Below the pieces are notes generated by a model that was not told the origin of the DNA, searched no databases, and worked only from the letters and a program-made list of their open reading frames with translations. The position numbers and the translations under genes were made by a program. A stretch of 64,000 nucleotides of DNA from a virus. Of this stretch, positions 39,821 through 50,559 are shown in pieces. Numbering within the stretch: position 1 is the stretch's first letter; each line of letters starts with the position of its first letter. The DNA lies in the IMG/VR virus record IMGVR_UViG_3300009448_000011, positions 41,688-105,687 of that record. The stretch is one strand, 5' to 3'.

Positions 39821-40411
39821 GTGGACATACAAAGTTGTAAAAATCTTCAAGCATTAATTGATAAAGACAATAATATTGAACTCATAGAAATATGGGCTAA
39901 TATATTGTATTTAAGAATGCGAAAAGGAAAAAACAAATTTTGTAGTAAAAAAAGAATAACTAATTTAAAAGAAGGTGTTTATTTAAATATCTATACTTTT
40001 TCTAAAAATGAATACAAACAATTACAGCAAAAATATCACCCTGACACCAGCTCAAAATATTTACACATTTCAAAAAGTCTTAATCAATGGAAAGATTTAT
40101 TATCTAGATGTGACTACAGAGTCCAAAATAGAAGCATATATCTTGACATTGCTGCAACATATTCCAACAACCCATCCATATTCTCTATTGAAAAATCAAT
40201 TAGAATATTCAGTATGGCAAAAGAGGCCCGACTTTTCGACGGACTACTCGAGGATACCGCAGAGTGGGCAGAAGGATGTGATGAAGCCTGGCTCGCTCAA
40301 CAAAGAGCTGAGAGCCAATCTAGGTGGAAAGAATGGTCTAACTGGCAACGTGGTCGAGATAAAGAAGGAAATAAAATTAGAGACACTTATGACGGAACTC
40401 TTCCTTTTTAA
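39821..40411 (+). CDS. Cassette ORF-A copy 4
   Basis: IEIWANILYLRMRKG, LQQKYHPDTS; ends YDGTLPF. Confidence 0.75.
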   Translation: MDIQSCKNLQALIDKDNNIELIEIWANILYLRMRKGKNKFCSKKRITNLKEGVYLNIYTFSKNEYKQLQQKYHPDTSSKYLHISKSLNQWKDLLSRCDYRVQNRSIYLDIAATYSNNPSIFSIEKSIRIFSMAKEARLFDGLLEDTAEWAEGCDEAWLAQQRAESQSRWKEWSNWQRGRDKEGNKIRDTYDGTLPF

Positions 40412-40814
40412 TACAGAAGAAGAAGTATTTCTTGCTCCTCTCGGTAAAACTCACGATCAATTTCTAAAAGAAAATCCTATAGAAACTTCTTCATCTAAAA
40501 TGTATATACTTGCCACTAAACTTCATGCACAAAAATTAGGATTTAAACTAAAAAGATTAAATATGACTTTTGTGGCGCCTCTTGTTTCTAACAAAGCATT
40601 ACAATATGAACAATATCATAACAAAGCTATTAAAAATATAGGAGGAATTGCAGTAGATTTAAAAGTATTTACCTTAGAACAATTCATTAATGAATTATTT
40701 ACTTTAATTCCCGACAGTAAATGGTACATAAAAGATAATCATATTCCTTTTATCGCCTTGTCAAAATCTAAAGTAGAAATATTACAAGAAAATAATTTAG
40801 CCGTTATAATGTAA
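40008..40814 (+). CDS. Cassette ORF-B copy 4, PD-(D/E)XK endonuclease
   Basis: LKNQ..KRPDFS...VVEIK. Confidence 0.75.
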   Translation: MNTNNYSKNITLTPAQNIYTFQKVLINGKIYYLDVTTESKIEAYILTLLQHIPTTHPYSLLKNQLEYSVWQKRPDFSTDYSRIPQSGQKDVMKPGSLNKELRANLGGKNGLTGNVVEIKKEIKLETLMTELFLFNTEEEVFLAPLGKTHDQFLKENPIETSSSKMYILATKLHAQKLGFKLKRLNMTFVAPLVSNKALQYEQYHNKAIKNIGGIAVDLKVFTLEQFINELFTLIPDSKWYIKDNHIPFIALSKSKVEILQENNLAVIM

Positions 40815-40832
40815 TCATATTCATTTTTATTT

Positions 40833-40876
40833 AAATCTCTCTTATTGTGTTATTGCTTTAAGAGAGATTTTTATTT
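40833..40876 (+). terminator. Terminator hairpin of cassette copy 4
   Basis: aaatctctctta/taagagagattt followed by a T-rich tail. Confidence 0.65.
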
Positions 40877-40939
40877 GGTACGCAATAGTTTGCCCAGTTT
40901 TACTTATATATTTCTATATAAGGTGCCTACGAATATTTA

Positions 40940-41305
40940 AGCACTTGCTTGTAAACGCGGTTCAGCCGCACTTAATTCATCTAGAAAAATAATACAACCT
41001 TCTTTACCCCAACTAGCAATCATTTCTTCTGTTGGTAAAAATTCAGGTAAATAATAAATAGTTTTTTTACTTTCTTGATGTAGATAAGGAAGTCCTGTTA
41101 AATCAGTACTATCCATTCTAGTAAGTCTTAAATCAATTAGCCCCCAATTTAATTCTGTAGCTATTTGTCTTACAATATCAGATTTACCACAACCAGGTTG
41201 TCCATGTATATATACAGCATTTTTACGTAAGTCTGTATCTTTTGCCATTGTTAAAATACAATTTTTAATTAAATCAGGCGTAGTGGGAATAGTATTAATT
41301 GTCAT
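40940..41305 (-). CDS. MoxR-like AAA+ ATPase, exon 1
   Basis: Walker A GQPGCGKS, DLTGLP, Walker B IFLDEL; the spliced product is 385 aa. Confidence 0.88.
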
Positions 41306-41544
41306 GTTTTTTCCTATATAAAAAATTAAATCAATTATTTTTCCAAAAGAAGACTTTCAGTTTGACTGATGAGATGAATTTTGGTTAAGAATAGTAGAAG
41401 CAATAAGATAAATATCCTTGCCAATAGCGACAGGCTTCCCATGCCACTTAGTGACCAAAGCTTGCATTAAACTTTCATTAAGAATTAACGTTAATTCTAA
41501 TTTAAGTAATTCAGAAGGTTGAATGTTTTTTTGATTTTGAAATG

Positions 41545-42714
41545 TCATAATTTTTTTTCAGTTTTATACAAAATTTTCACAATAGGAAATCTCAAACTTC
41601 CTTCAGGGGTTTTCCCAAAAAATTTAACGGTAACAATTCCCCCAATATATTGTTCTTTTTCTTCTAGAACTTTTCTACAAAAATCCCAAGAACCCGCCAT
41701 ATTGGGGTAGACTAGTATGTCATTAACAGAAATCATAATTTTCGCAGCCATACCCGCATTATTGCCGTCGCCTTCAATGATATCCAAAATAGTAAATTCG
41801 GCATCTTGAAATTGTTTAACTTTAAGCAAATCTTTTGTTCTTGTATTTTGTTGATATTTAGCATTTATTTTTCTCAAGATTGCGCCTTCATAGCCTTGTT
41901 GTACAAATTTATTATGCATTCTAGTAACTTCTGTTAAATCTTTAACATAAGAACCCTCAAGTAAAACAACAGAAGAAGGAAATTCTAAAGATAAATTATT
42001 TAATAAAAGAGCTCGTTCTTTATATATAGAATGATTAATAAGATCATAAACAAAAAAAGAAATACTTTTTCTAATTAATTGTTGTTCAGTATTATCTTGT
42101 TTTAATTCTCTTCTAATTGTGCCTGAGATAACATCAAAACCCAGAGTGTGATTATATAATTCTCCATCTAAAATTACATGAGGATATGTATTAAAAAATT
42201 GCTGCATAGGTTGTGTAATATGAGGTGCCCCTAAAATCAAAGCACCGTTTCTACTATATGCGCCATCTTTAGAAAGAATCATTCTAATGCCATCAAGTTT
42301 TCTTTGAATTATTATTCCGTCTCTAAACTCAGTAGTAGAAGGAATATTATTTTTAATTTTAGAGTTTTTAGACTCTGGATTAAAAGTTTCAGAATAATAA
42401 GTCGCGGCCAACATAGGTTTTATAAATGTAGGTTTATATAAATCATTTTTAGAGATAACATAAGAACCTTTAGAGGTTTTATGGTTATATTTAGCTTTTA
42501 TTTCTTTTGAAGCTTGTTGAAATGAATTAAGAGCATTTTTTTTACCTGTGTTTGTAGCAATAGCAGTAGTCCATGCACTAATAGTGTATTGTCCTAATTC
42601 GAGACCACTAACTGTTCTATAACGTTCTCCTTCTTGTTCAACAAACCATTCTAATATTTTTCCTGAAAGATTCAGTTTGTATAAAACAGGATGCACTAAG
42701 TTAACAATATTCAT
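41545..42714 (-). CDS. ATP-dependent DNA ligase
   Basis: KPMLA, KLDGIR, LDGELY, EGAILR, LLKVK, LRFP. Confidence 0.93.
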   Translation of the reverse strand: MNIVNLVHPVLYKLNLSGKILEWFVEQEGERYRTVSGLELGQYTISAWTTAIATNTGKKNALNSFQQASKEIKAKYNHKTSKGSYVISKNDLYKPTFIKPMLAATYYSETFNPESKNSKIKNNIPSTTEFRDGIIIQRKLDGIRMILSKDGAYSRNGALILGAPHITQPMQQFFNTYPHVILDGELYNHTLGFDVISGTIRRELKQDNTEQQLIRKSISFFVYDLINHSIYKERALLLNNLSLEFPSSVVLLEGSYVKDLTEVTRMHNKFVQQGYEGAILRKINAKYQQNTRTKDLLKVKQFQDAEFTILDIIEGDGNNAGMAAKIMISVNDILVYPNMAGSWDFCRKVLEEKEQYIGGIVTVKFFGKTPEGSLRFPIVKILYKTEKKL

Positions 42715-43117
42715 TTTAAGTTTTTTTCAGTTAAGTTAAAAAAACATTCCACTTAATTTTAAGTGGAATATCTACATTTATAATTAATTAATTAATTAAT
42801 TATAAGAAATAATTTTGGAATCAAGGTTTGTAATTAAATTAATAGCTACTACTGTTTTAAATTCAGTTTGTAGTTCTATTTGCATAAAATAATCAATAGA
42901 TTCATTTAAACACTTAAATTGATAGCACCACATAGTAGCATTATTAATTATGTGTGATTTAGTAGAAAGACAAAACCAATTATCTTCGTGAGTCAAAAGT
43001 TGAAAAAGATGGGGAGAAATGTGAAGGCCGCCCATTTTATAAGTAGCCTTAATAGTAGAAGTAATAATATATTTTAATTCTTCTTTCATTAATTAATTAA
43101 TTAAATCAGGGGGTGTA

Positions 43118-46075
43118 TTAAGCTTCACAAGAAGAACATTCTTGAAAAGAAGAAGTAACAGGAGAAAGAGAAGGAACAGAGTTTAGAGAAGAAGTGTTAT
43201 AAGATTTATTATTATTAATATTAGTAAATTCTAATAAATCATGATAGCCGCCAATAAAATGACCTTCTAGCCAAATTTGAGGAACAGTGTTCCAAGTAAA
43301 ATGTGTAACAGTATCAAGAGAATACTCAGAATAAGAAATACCTAAAGTAGTAAATAATTCTTTTGCTTTAGTACAATAAATACAATCAGGTTTAGTAATA
43401 ATATGTGCTTTATTTTTTACTTTATCAATTATTTTTTCACTAGAAGATTTAGTATAGTAAGTACTTTTAACACCACTTTTCCAGGTTTTAAAAATCAAAT
43501 CATTTAGTTTTTTAATAGGAATATTAGGATGAACAAATCTATTAAGAGATTGACCTTGATCAATATAAGGAGTTCTATCTGCGGCTTGAATAAGAAGAGC
43601 TTCAGGATCTATTTCGCGAGCAGTAGCAAATAATAGTTTTTCATTAATGTCTAAAAAGTCTAAATGAAAAACAGAGCCATTATGATAAAGAATACTATCC
43701 CAAACTTCATAAGTATTTTTATTTTTAGTTTCTAATAAAGCTTCAAGCATATGATTTTTTCTAATAAAAGAACCTTTGGCTTGTTTTGCAGTATAACTAT
43801 TACTATCACTAGGTTCTATACCAGGACTATGAGCGCCACTAATTACACAATTAGTTCTAGTAGGAGCGGTTGCTCTTAATAAGGAATGACGCATTTTTGT
43901 GCCTTCAGACCATTCACATCCCCCATACTCTAGGTACATATCCCTACTAGCTTTTTCAGTTAATTGTTTAATATATTTATGTATTTCTATATTAAGATTT
44001 CTACTATCAAAAGAATGAAAAGGAAGATTTTTCTGTTGATATAAATAAGCTAAACCCATAGTACCAATACCTAATGCGCGACCTTTTTGAGCACTACGAA
44101 CAGCATTAGCTAAGCCTGGTTCTTTACTACCCCTAAAAATAAAATCATCCATAACAGCATCTAATAAATATACTGCTAATTCAGGTACAGTTTTATTTGT
44201 ATTTTGAGATTTATAATCTTTCCAATCTTCCCATAAAGATAAATTTAAAGAACATAAACAACATACAAAAGTATGGAGAGGGTCTGCGTATTCTAAAATC
44301 TCGGCACAATTTCCCACTAAAATACCGTTAAACATACCTAAATTTCTTAAAGGTTCTGTAAAACAATAAGTATCCTCTGTATATGAAAGATGTTCAACTT
44401 TTTTTATTTTAATAAATTGAGTTGCCTCTCGATTAGCTTTGCTACTCTTAATGCATAATCTATGGCAATTTAAACCTAGCTTTAATAAAGTCTCTACTCC
44501 AGAAGAAGCTATAACAAGTCTATAACATTCTTTACAATTAAATTCACGTAAAAGACCTGTACCATTATTTGCAGGCAAGAAGTAGATTCCTTCTGTTTTA
44601 TTTTTAGTTATTTTGGAATAAACCCCTAACATTTGAAGAAACAATTGTACTTCTTTTATAAAAGGTAAATTTATAGAAGTTATTTGTAAACCCTGAGTAT
44701 TGTATTGTTTATTAGTTAATAAACAACCATCTGAGTCTAAAAGTCCTGCAAACCAATCTAATCTACTTTGTAAACTATACGTTACATTAGGGATAAAAAA
44801 TTTAGAAAATAAAGTAGTATAATTTCCTACTAATCTATCAGAACATTTTGACTCAGTAAACTTACAAGTAAATAAGTGGGCTAATTTTTTCTTTTTTCCG
44901 TATAAATAAATTTGTTGTTTATTTTTTACTTTAGTACCGTCTCCAGTATAAAAGCCATTAGCATACGCATTTTCTAAAATTTTGTCACCTTGTTGTAATA
45001 AAGGCAACTCAAATTTTATTAATTTATCATTTACTAATAAATCTTGTGCGTCTTTAATTACAATATTTTTTTTAGAGCCTGAGTGCAAATGAAATTTATG
45101 GTAAGGAGTACAAATTAGTTCTTGTCCAGAATCAGTAGTAATTTTCAATAAAGATTGATTAACTCCTGTTTTGTACACAGTAGTTTGAGAAAATACTTCT
45201 CCATTCCAAACTTCAATTGTCTTATTTTCTAATTCTTTAATAGGAATATGCCCTTCACTAGTTAATATTTTTGTATCACCTACTACGCATAAGTTAGAAG
45301 TTTTAATAAATAAATTATGTAATTTATAGGCTTCACTTCTTTGATTATTAACATTATCAATAAACAATAAATAGGGAGTTCCTACTTTTAGATTCATTTC
45401 TAATGTTTTGCCCCAAATCTTATGGGCTTTCTCATCTCCTGCTAACACTTTTTGCATAAAAGCATCTGTAATAGTAAAAGCAATATTGCTATCTAACATA
45501 TTACGAGGATCTCCTTCCAAATGATCTTTTGCTAATAAAAAATCATAAGCATCTGGATGTTCTATTGGAATATAATGCGCAAATGATCCTCTACGTGTAT
45601 TTCCTTGTGATACTGAACTAGAACAAAGATCAAATTGTTTAGCCCAAGTTAAAACAGAACCACTAGTACCATTATTTTTACCTATAGGACTACCGGCGGG
45701 TCTAAGATCACCATAATATAAACCATGACCGCCCCCTGCTTTAGAAAGAAGAGCAGCTTCTCGTAAAGATTTATAAATACCGTCAACACTATCGGAAATG
45801 ACTGCGCTAAAACAAGAAATAGCTTGGCCTTTATTAGTGCCAAAATTAGAAGCAACAGGAGTAGAAAGACCTATATAAGCTTTATAAAGAACATCAAAAA
45901 AATCTTGCTGAAGTTCAGGTTTATTAAGATATTTAGCAGCAGTATGAGCTACTCTAAGATAAAGATCGCGAGGACATTCACCGGGTAATAAATAACCTGC
46001 TTCAAGTGTACGAAGTCCTTCGTCACTTAACCAGTGAGGACAAGGAGCATAAGAACTTACATTTAATTTTTCCAT
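43118..46075 (-). CDS. nrdA: Class Ia ribonucleotide reductase alpha subunit with intein and fused glutaredoxin
   Basis: STP, SCF, SNL|C.E, APT, DQGQS, KSTYY; CIYC/TVPQIW glutaredoxin domain; terminal CSSC. Confidence 0.93.
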   Translation of the reverse strand: MEKLNVSSYAPCPHWLSDEGLRTLEAGYLLPGECPRDLYLRVAHTAAKYLNKPELQQDFFDVLYKAYIGLSTPVASNFGTNKGQAISCFSAVISDSVDGIYKSLREAALLSKAGGGHGLYYGDLRPAGSPIGKNNGTSGSVLTWAKQFDLCSSSVSQGNTRRGSFAHYIPIEHPDAYDFLLAKDHLEGDPRNMLDSNIAFTITDAFMQKVLAGDEKAHKIWGKTLEMNLKVGTPYLLFIDNVNNQRSEAYKLHNLFIKTSNLCVVGDTKILTSEGHIPIKELENKTIEVWNGEVFSQTTVYKTGVNQSLLKITTDSGQELICTPYHKFHLHSGSKKNIVIKDAQDLLVNDKLIKFELPLLQQGDKILENAYANGFYTGDGTKVKNKQQIYLYGKKKKLAHLFTCKFTESKCSDRLVGNYTTLFSKFFIPNVTYSLQSRLDWFAGLLDSDGCLLTNKQYNTQGLQITSINLPFIKEVQLFLQMLGVYSKITKNKTEGIYFLPANNGTGLLREFNCKECYRLVIASSGVETLLKLGLNCHRLCIKSSKANREATQFIKIKKVEHLSYTEDTYCFTEPLRNLGMFNGILVGNCAEILEYADPLHTFVCCLCSLNLSLWEDWKDYKSQNTNKTVPELAVYLLDAVMDDFIFRGSKEPGLANAVRSAQKGRALGIGTMGLAYLYQQKNLPFHSFDSRNLNIEIHKYIKQLTEKASRDMYLEYGGCEWSEGTKMRHSLLRATAPTRTNCVISGAHSPGIEPSDSNSYTAKQAKGSFIRKNHMLEALLETKNKNTYEVWDSILYHNGSVFHLDFLDINEKLLFATAREIDPEALLIQAADRTPYIDQGQSLNRFVHPNIPIKKLNDLIFKTWKSGVKSTYYTKSSSEKIIDKVKNKAHIITKPDCIYCTKAKELFTTLGISYSEYSLDTVTHFTWNTVPQIWLEGHFIGGYHDLLEFTNINNNKSYNTSSLNSVPSLSPVTSSFQECSSCEA
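44309..45289 (-). mobile_element. RIR1-type intein (327 aa) with LAGLIDADG endonuclease
   Basis: Starts CVVGDT, has CTPYH, GFYTGDG and AGLLDSDG, ends ILVGN|C. Confidence 0.9.
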
Positions 46076-47101
46076 TTATTTTACAAAAGTAGAATGTTTT
46101 TGATTAGCCCAATTAAAGTCAACGTTACTATAATTAAAATTATTAAAATCTTGTTTTAAAAGACTAGTATAATTATCACCATTGATTGCTTGCGCAAAAA
46201 AGTCGTGTGAAGATTGTCCAATTACTTCATTTAAAAACCAATTAGAAATATTGTACGCTCTTTTATCAAAACTAAAAATAGGCGTTAATCCTAATGCTTC
46301 TAATCTATTATTAGCCCTTAGATACATGTATTGTTTTAAATCTTCACTATTAATAAAAGGTAAAAGTCTATTGTTAAATATTTGATTAATAAAATTAAAT
46401 TCATTATCTAATACAGTTCTAAACCCTTCATATATTAATTCTTCTTCTTCTTCTGTTATTCCTTTTTCTAATACTAAATCTTTGAATAATGCACAACCCA
46501 TATCACTATGTGTCATTTCATCAGATATACTCCAACTAATAATTTGAGCTAATCCTTTATATCTTCCATTACGAGATAAAGATAACAGAACTGCAAAACT
46601 AGAAAATAAAGCGACGCCTTCTCCCGCACCACTAAATACTGCAAGAGATACTAATTTATTAGGATGCTCTACAAAATATTCTATTTTTGTTTTAGTCGTA
46701 GGATCATCAAGAAACGCATTATAATCATTTAATCCTAAACAATCACTTAAATGAGAATATGCCTGACTATGGATAACTTCAAAAAAAGCAAAAGCTCTAC
46801 ACGCCGCTACAATCTCGTGTTTAGGAAATATTTTAGGCACTATGTCTGACCAATAATCCCCTATTCGTGTTTCTAAAATAGTAAACCCTTTTAAAATACC
46901 TTGAATAATTTCTTGTTCTTCTATACTCCCTGTTTGATAATTAAGAATATCACTATTCATGTCTACTGTTTCTACACGCCATACCGTAGATAACGCTTGT
47001 TTAAAATACTCAAAATATTTGGGATGTGAAAACGGTTTATACGCAACCCTAAGGTCTTGTATTCCTAAATTATAAGTATTGTTTATTTCTATATGTGACA
47101 T
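46076..47101 (-). CDS. nrdB: Ribonucleotide reductase beta subunit
   Basis: EVIHSQAY, EGVALFSSF, DEMTH, DFF. Confidence 0.93.
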   Translation of the reverse strand: MSHIEINNTYNLGIQDLRVAYKPFSHPKYFEYFKQALSTVWRVETVDMNSDILNYQTGSIEEQEIIQGILKGFTILETRIGDYWSDIVPKIFPKHEIVAACRAFAFFEVIHSQAYSHLSDCLGLNDYNAFLDDPTTKTKIEYFVEHPNKLVSLAVFSGAGEGVALFSSFAVLLSLSRNGRYKGLAQIISWSISDEMTHSDMGCALFKDLVLEKGITEEEEELIYEGFRTVLDNEFNFINQIFNNRLLPFINSEDLKQYMYLRANNRLEALGLTPIFSFDKRAYNISNWFLNEVIGQSSHDFFAQAINGDNYTSLLKQDFNNFNYSNVDFNWANQKHSTFVK

Positions 47102-48142
47102 TTAATCTTTCTATTTTAATTTTTTATTAATCAATTTAACTTTTGACATCATTAATTATACTTTTCTGTATACGTTAATATTTCACTCAAATACTCATTA
47201 TCCCCCACTATATCGTAATATTTTAGTGAAGGGTTTGTAATATGAGGTACTACGTCTCCACTAAAAGAACCAAAAATATCATAAATTTCTAAATTAGGGC
47301 CGGGATCGGAGGCAACAAATTGAAATAAATAACTAGAACAATATGCATGTTGTTCGTTATTTATTATTAACACTTTATTGTAATAGTCTTGTGTATTTTC
47401 AGTAATACGTACTATAGCAAAAGGTAGATTTTCAAATAGAATAGTAACAAGATAAGCATAAGTGATTTCTTTAAAAGGTTCTAGGGGGCGTTTAATCAAA
47501 TGTTGATTTAACCATTTAATTTTTACTTTATTTTGATTTTTTAAATTAGTTTTTGTAGTAATATTAGGCGCCCCTGAAATACCTAATCCTGCAAACAAAT
47601 CTGTATATTGTCCTATATAACTATTAATATTAGTATTAGAGTTAGTAGTAAGCAATATTTGGGCCAAGTAATCATTAATATTCATTATGAATATAATTCA
47701 TCTATTAATTGTAATTTATTTTTCCAGGATAATAAATTACCTGAGTCAATTAAGTTCAAATTTACTTTTAATAATTTAAATAAAGAATCTTGATTATGAA
47801 ACGTCATGTCATAATAAATTTCTGTATCCATATTTTTTAAAACAGGCTCTATTTCTAGTTCTTTTTCTAAATAAATAAAAATATTAGGTTTAACTGTTAT
47901 TTTATTTTGGATATATAAAAAATTAGTATTATTGAAGATTTCTTGGGCACTATAGACACAGATTCTATATTCAAAAGGAAAGGTCCAAATTCCTGATTTT
48001 AAGAAAAAATTATTACTATCAGGATTATTAGAACTAGTATTAAAACATAAACCATCAGTATAAACTGTAACATCTACTCCATTAATAGGAAAACTAATAC
48101 TCATGTGAAAAGTTTTTTTTTGTATATAATCGACGTGTTAAT

Positions 48143-48742
48143 TTAAACATATTTTAAATTAATTTCTTTTAATTGTTCAAAAGTAACAGGTCTATAATTT
48201 ACAATTTCTACACAACTATTTAAATATCGCATGTCTTTTTTATGTTCCTTTTTAATATGATAATCATGAGTATGTCCCGCTATATTATAATCAAACCTAA
48301 CTTTTCCTTCTAAATGTATTTGAGGGCCTAAAAAACTAGGATGGATAGGAACATGTGATAAAATACATTTAATTTTAGGTAAATATAATACTCCGTATAT
48401 TTTATCAAAACACTCTATGTATGTATTAATATCACTCTTATTATCATGATTTCCCATAATTAAATGTTTTGATCCTTTTTTCATATATTTTAAAATCTGA
48501 GGCCCCCTTTTTTTATCTAACCAAACATCTCCTAAAAAGTATACAATATCGTTATCTTTAACAATAGAATTGTAATTATCTACCATTACTTTTTCACATG
48601 CGTACATAGAACTAAATGAACGCATATTTCTATCACCATCTGCAGAAGGAAATTTATATGCATTGGAGTGTCCCAAATGAAGATCTCCCCAAAAGTAAAT
48701 ATTTCTAATCATATTTTTAAATCCCTGTATATTAATTGTCAC
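48143..48742 (-). CDS. Metallophosphoesterase
   Basis: GDLHLGH, LGD, GNHD, SHVP, GHTH. Confidence 0.88.
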   Translation of the reverse strand: MTINIQGFKNMIRNIYFWGDLHLGHSNAYKFPSADGDRNMRSFSSMYACEKVMVDNYNSIVKDNDIVYFLGDVWLDKKRGPQILKYMKKGSKHLIMGNHDNKSDINTYIECFDKIYGVLYLPKIKCILSHVPIHPSFLGPQIHLEGKVRFDYNIAGHTHDYHIKKEHKKDMRYLNSCVEIVNYRPVTFEQLKEINLKYV

Positions 48743-49861
48743 GGCTTATAATATTCCATTCGCACAATCTGTTCATCCAAATAATCTTCATATTGATGTT
48801 GTAGAACAGCTTCTCTAAATAGAAATTCATTATATAAAAATTGTGCATAATTATTATAAGAAACCCCATTATAAGATTTAAAATCTTGTATTAATGGAAA
48901 TATTTTGCTTGTTTGAATCGCAATACTTATATCTCTTAAACATAATAATATATGATTATCTTCTAATTCCCAAATAGGAATTTCTACTTTATGTAAAGAT
49001 AACCATTTAATATTTTTATATAACAATCTATTTTCACTTAATTCATTTAATGAAGTTGAACTTGATAGTTTAAATTGTAAGTCAATCATAGTTAATCCCA
49101 AAGATGAGGGTAAGGGTATATAGGGTACGAAATATTTTTATAATCTATAAAAAACGGTATATAAACTGCCAGTTCTCTTTTCCAATAAAAAGTTCCGATT
49201 TCAAATCTATTTTTAAAAGTATTAAATGTAAGTCTTTCTAAATAATATTCTTGTTCCATTTTTTTTAAATATAAATTTTCAAAAAATTCATTTTTAGAAA
49301 AAACTTCTTTTCTGGCACTAATTAGTTTATCATCCCATGCGCTTGCTATCTGTTTTATTTTTTTATCAGTATAATATCCTTCTTCTCTTAATTCTTCTGC
49401 AGATTTTTCTAACCCTTTTTTATAATTTTTGGTCTTAGGTCTTGCAAAATAATGTGCGTGTTCTATATTTCTTCTAGTTCTAGACATATGAATACCTAAG
49501 TTCCCTTAATCTTTCAAGTACAAAGTCTTGTCTTTACAAGTTTTAAATTTACAGGCTTCTACTACACTAAAATCATCAGTGCCGTCTAATCTAGAATACT
49601 TCACAATGAAACAATTAAAACTAACTAAACCTGTTTCCATATTATAATTATCTAGAGCTTCTCCTAAAGCAATCCATATGTGGTCATATTCTGCTACACA
49701 TTTTTGTTTACCCCTACACCTAGTAATTTGAACTTCTTTTAAACATGCTTTATTATTTTTAATTAAACTAATTTTACCGACAATTCTTAATTTGATTCTT
49801 TTTTCATAAAATTTTTCTAATTCTATTCGATACATTTTTAACTAAAACCTTTTTGTTAATA

Positions 49862-50476
49862 TTAAAATTCCTCACAAAGTCCTTTTAATTTTGATATTAT
49901 TAGATCTACCGGATCAATAATACGTCTGGGTTTAAATGTTTCTTGAAACTCTTTTTTAATGATTGAGTAATGCGAACACCCCAACAAAATAGTAGAAGTA
50001 CACGCAATATTTAAACGCTCAGTATATTGCATTAAATTGTGGGTAATTAACCCTCCTTTTTCAATATCACTAGACAATATGCTACAAGGAACTTCTATGC
50101 AATAATTAAATCGGCCACTATTTATTGTTTTGGGTGTTGCAAAAATTGTTGTGTTATTTGTTAAAAAAGGTAAACATGTAATTAAATCTAGAACAAGAGT
50201 ATTAGGCTTACTTAAAGATTTTAAAAACTCTAAGCAGTTACTAGACAAAGTCATACAAGCCACAATGATTATATCTGGCTTACCTTTGCTATAGATGTAA
50301 TCCATATGTAATTTGCATAAAACACATAATCTTTCCGTAGAAATATTGGAATAAGTTTCAAATATCAAAGGGGCATACCTGATAGTTGTAATCGAAGGAA
50401 ACAAAATATTTAATTGTTGTTCTAGATATTTGCCGCCCGCCCCAGAATCAATCACCCCAATTGTCGTAAATTTCAT
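49862..50476 (-). CDS. Glutamate racemase-like protein
   Basis: IGVIDSGAGG, IVACMT, ATPKTINSG, LGCSHY; both catalytic Cys present. Confidence 0.75.
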   Translation of the reverse strand: MKFTTIGVIDSGAGGKYLEQQLNILFPSITTIRYAPLIFETYSNISTERLCVLCKLHMDYIYSKGKPDIIIVACMTLSSNCLEFLKSLSKPNTLVLDLITCLPFLTNNTTIFATPKTINSGRFNYCIEVPCSILSSDIEKGGLITHNLMQYTERLNIACTSTILLGCSHYSIIKKEFQETFKPRRIIDPVDLIISKLKGLCEEF

Positions 50477-50559
50477 TTTAAATAACCTGCTTATTTTTTT
50501 CCTAGATTAATGTATTAAATTAAAAAAGCGTTGTCAATATATTAATACAAAACCTTTTT

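Larger units (their letters stand above)
39508..40939 (-). mobile_element. Group I intron 3 in the AAA+ ATPase gene (1432 nt)
   Basis: 5' splice site GCU|UAA; P1 GUGCU/GGCAC; P10 UUCGUA/UACGAA; P UAACGGGGAAA; Q AAUCCCGUG; P7 GAGUA/UAUUC; omega-G at 39508. Confidence 0.9.

Noticed and set aside
19901-41305. Alternative genetic code or stop-codon readthrough as the cause of the fragmented polA and AAA+ genes
   Set aside because: Other genes are intact in the standard code, and group I introns fully explain the breaks.
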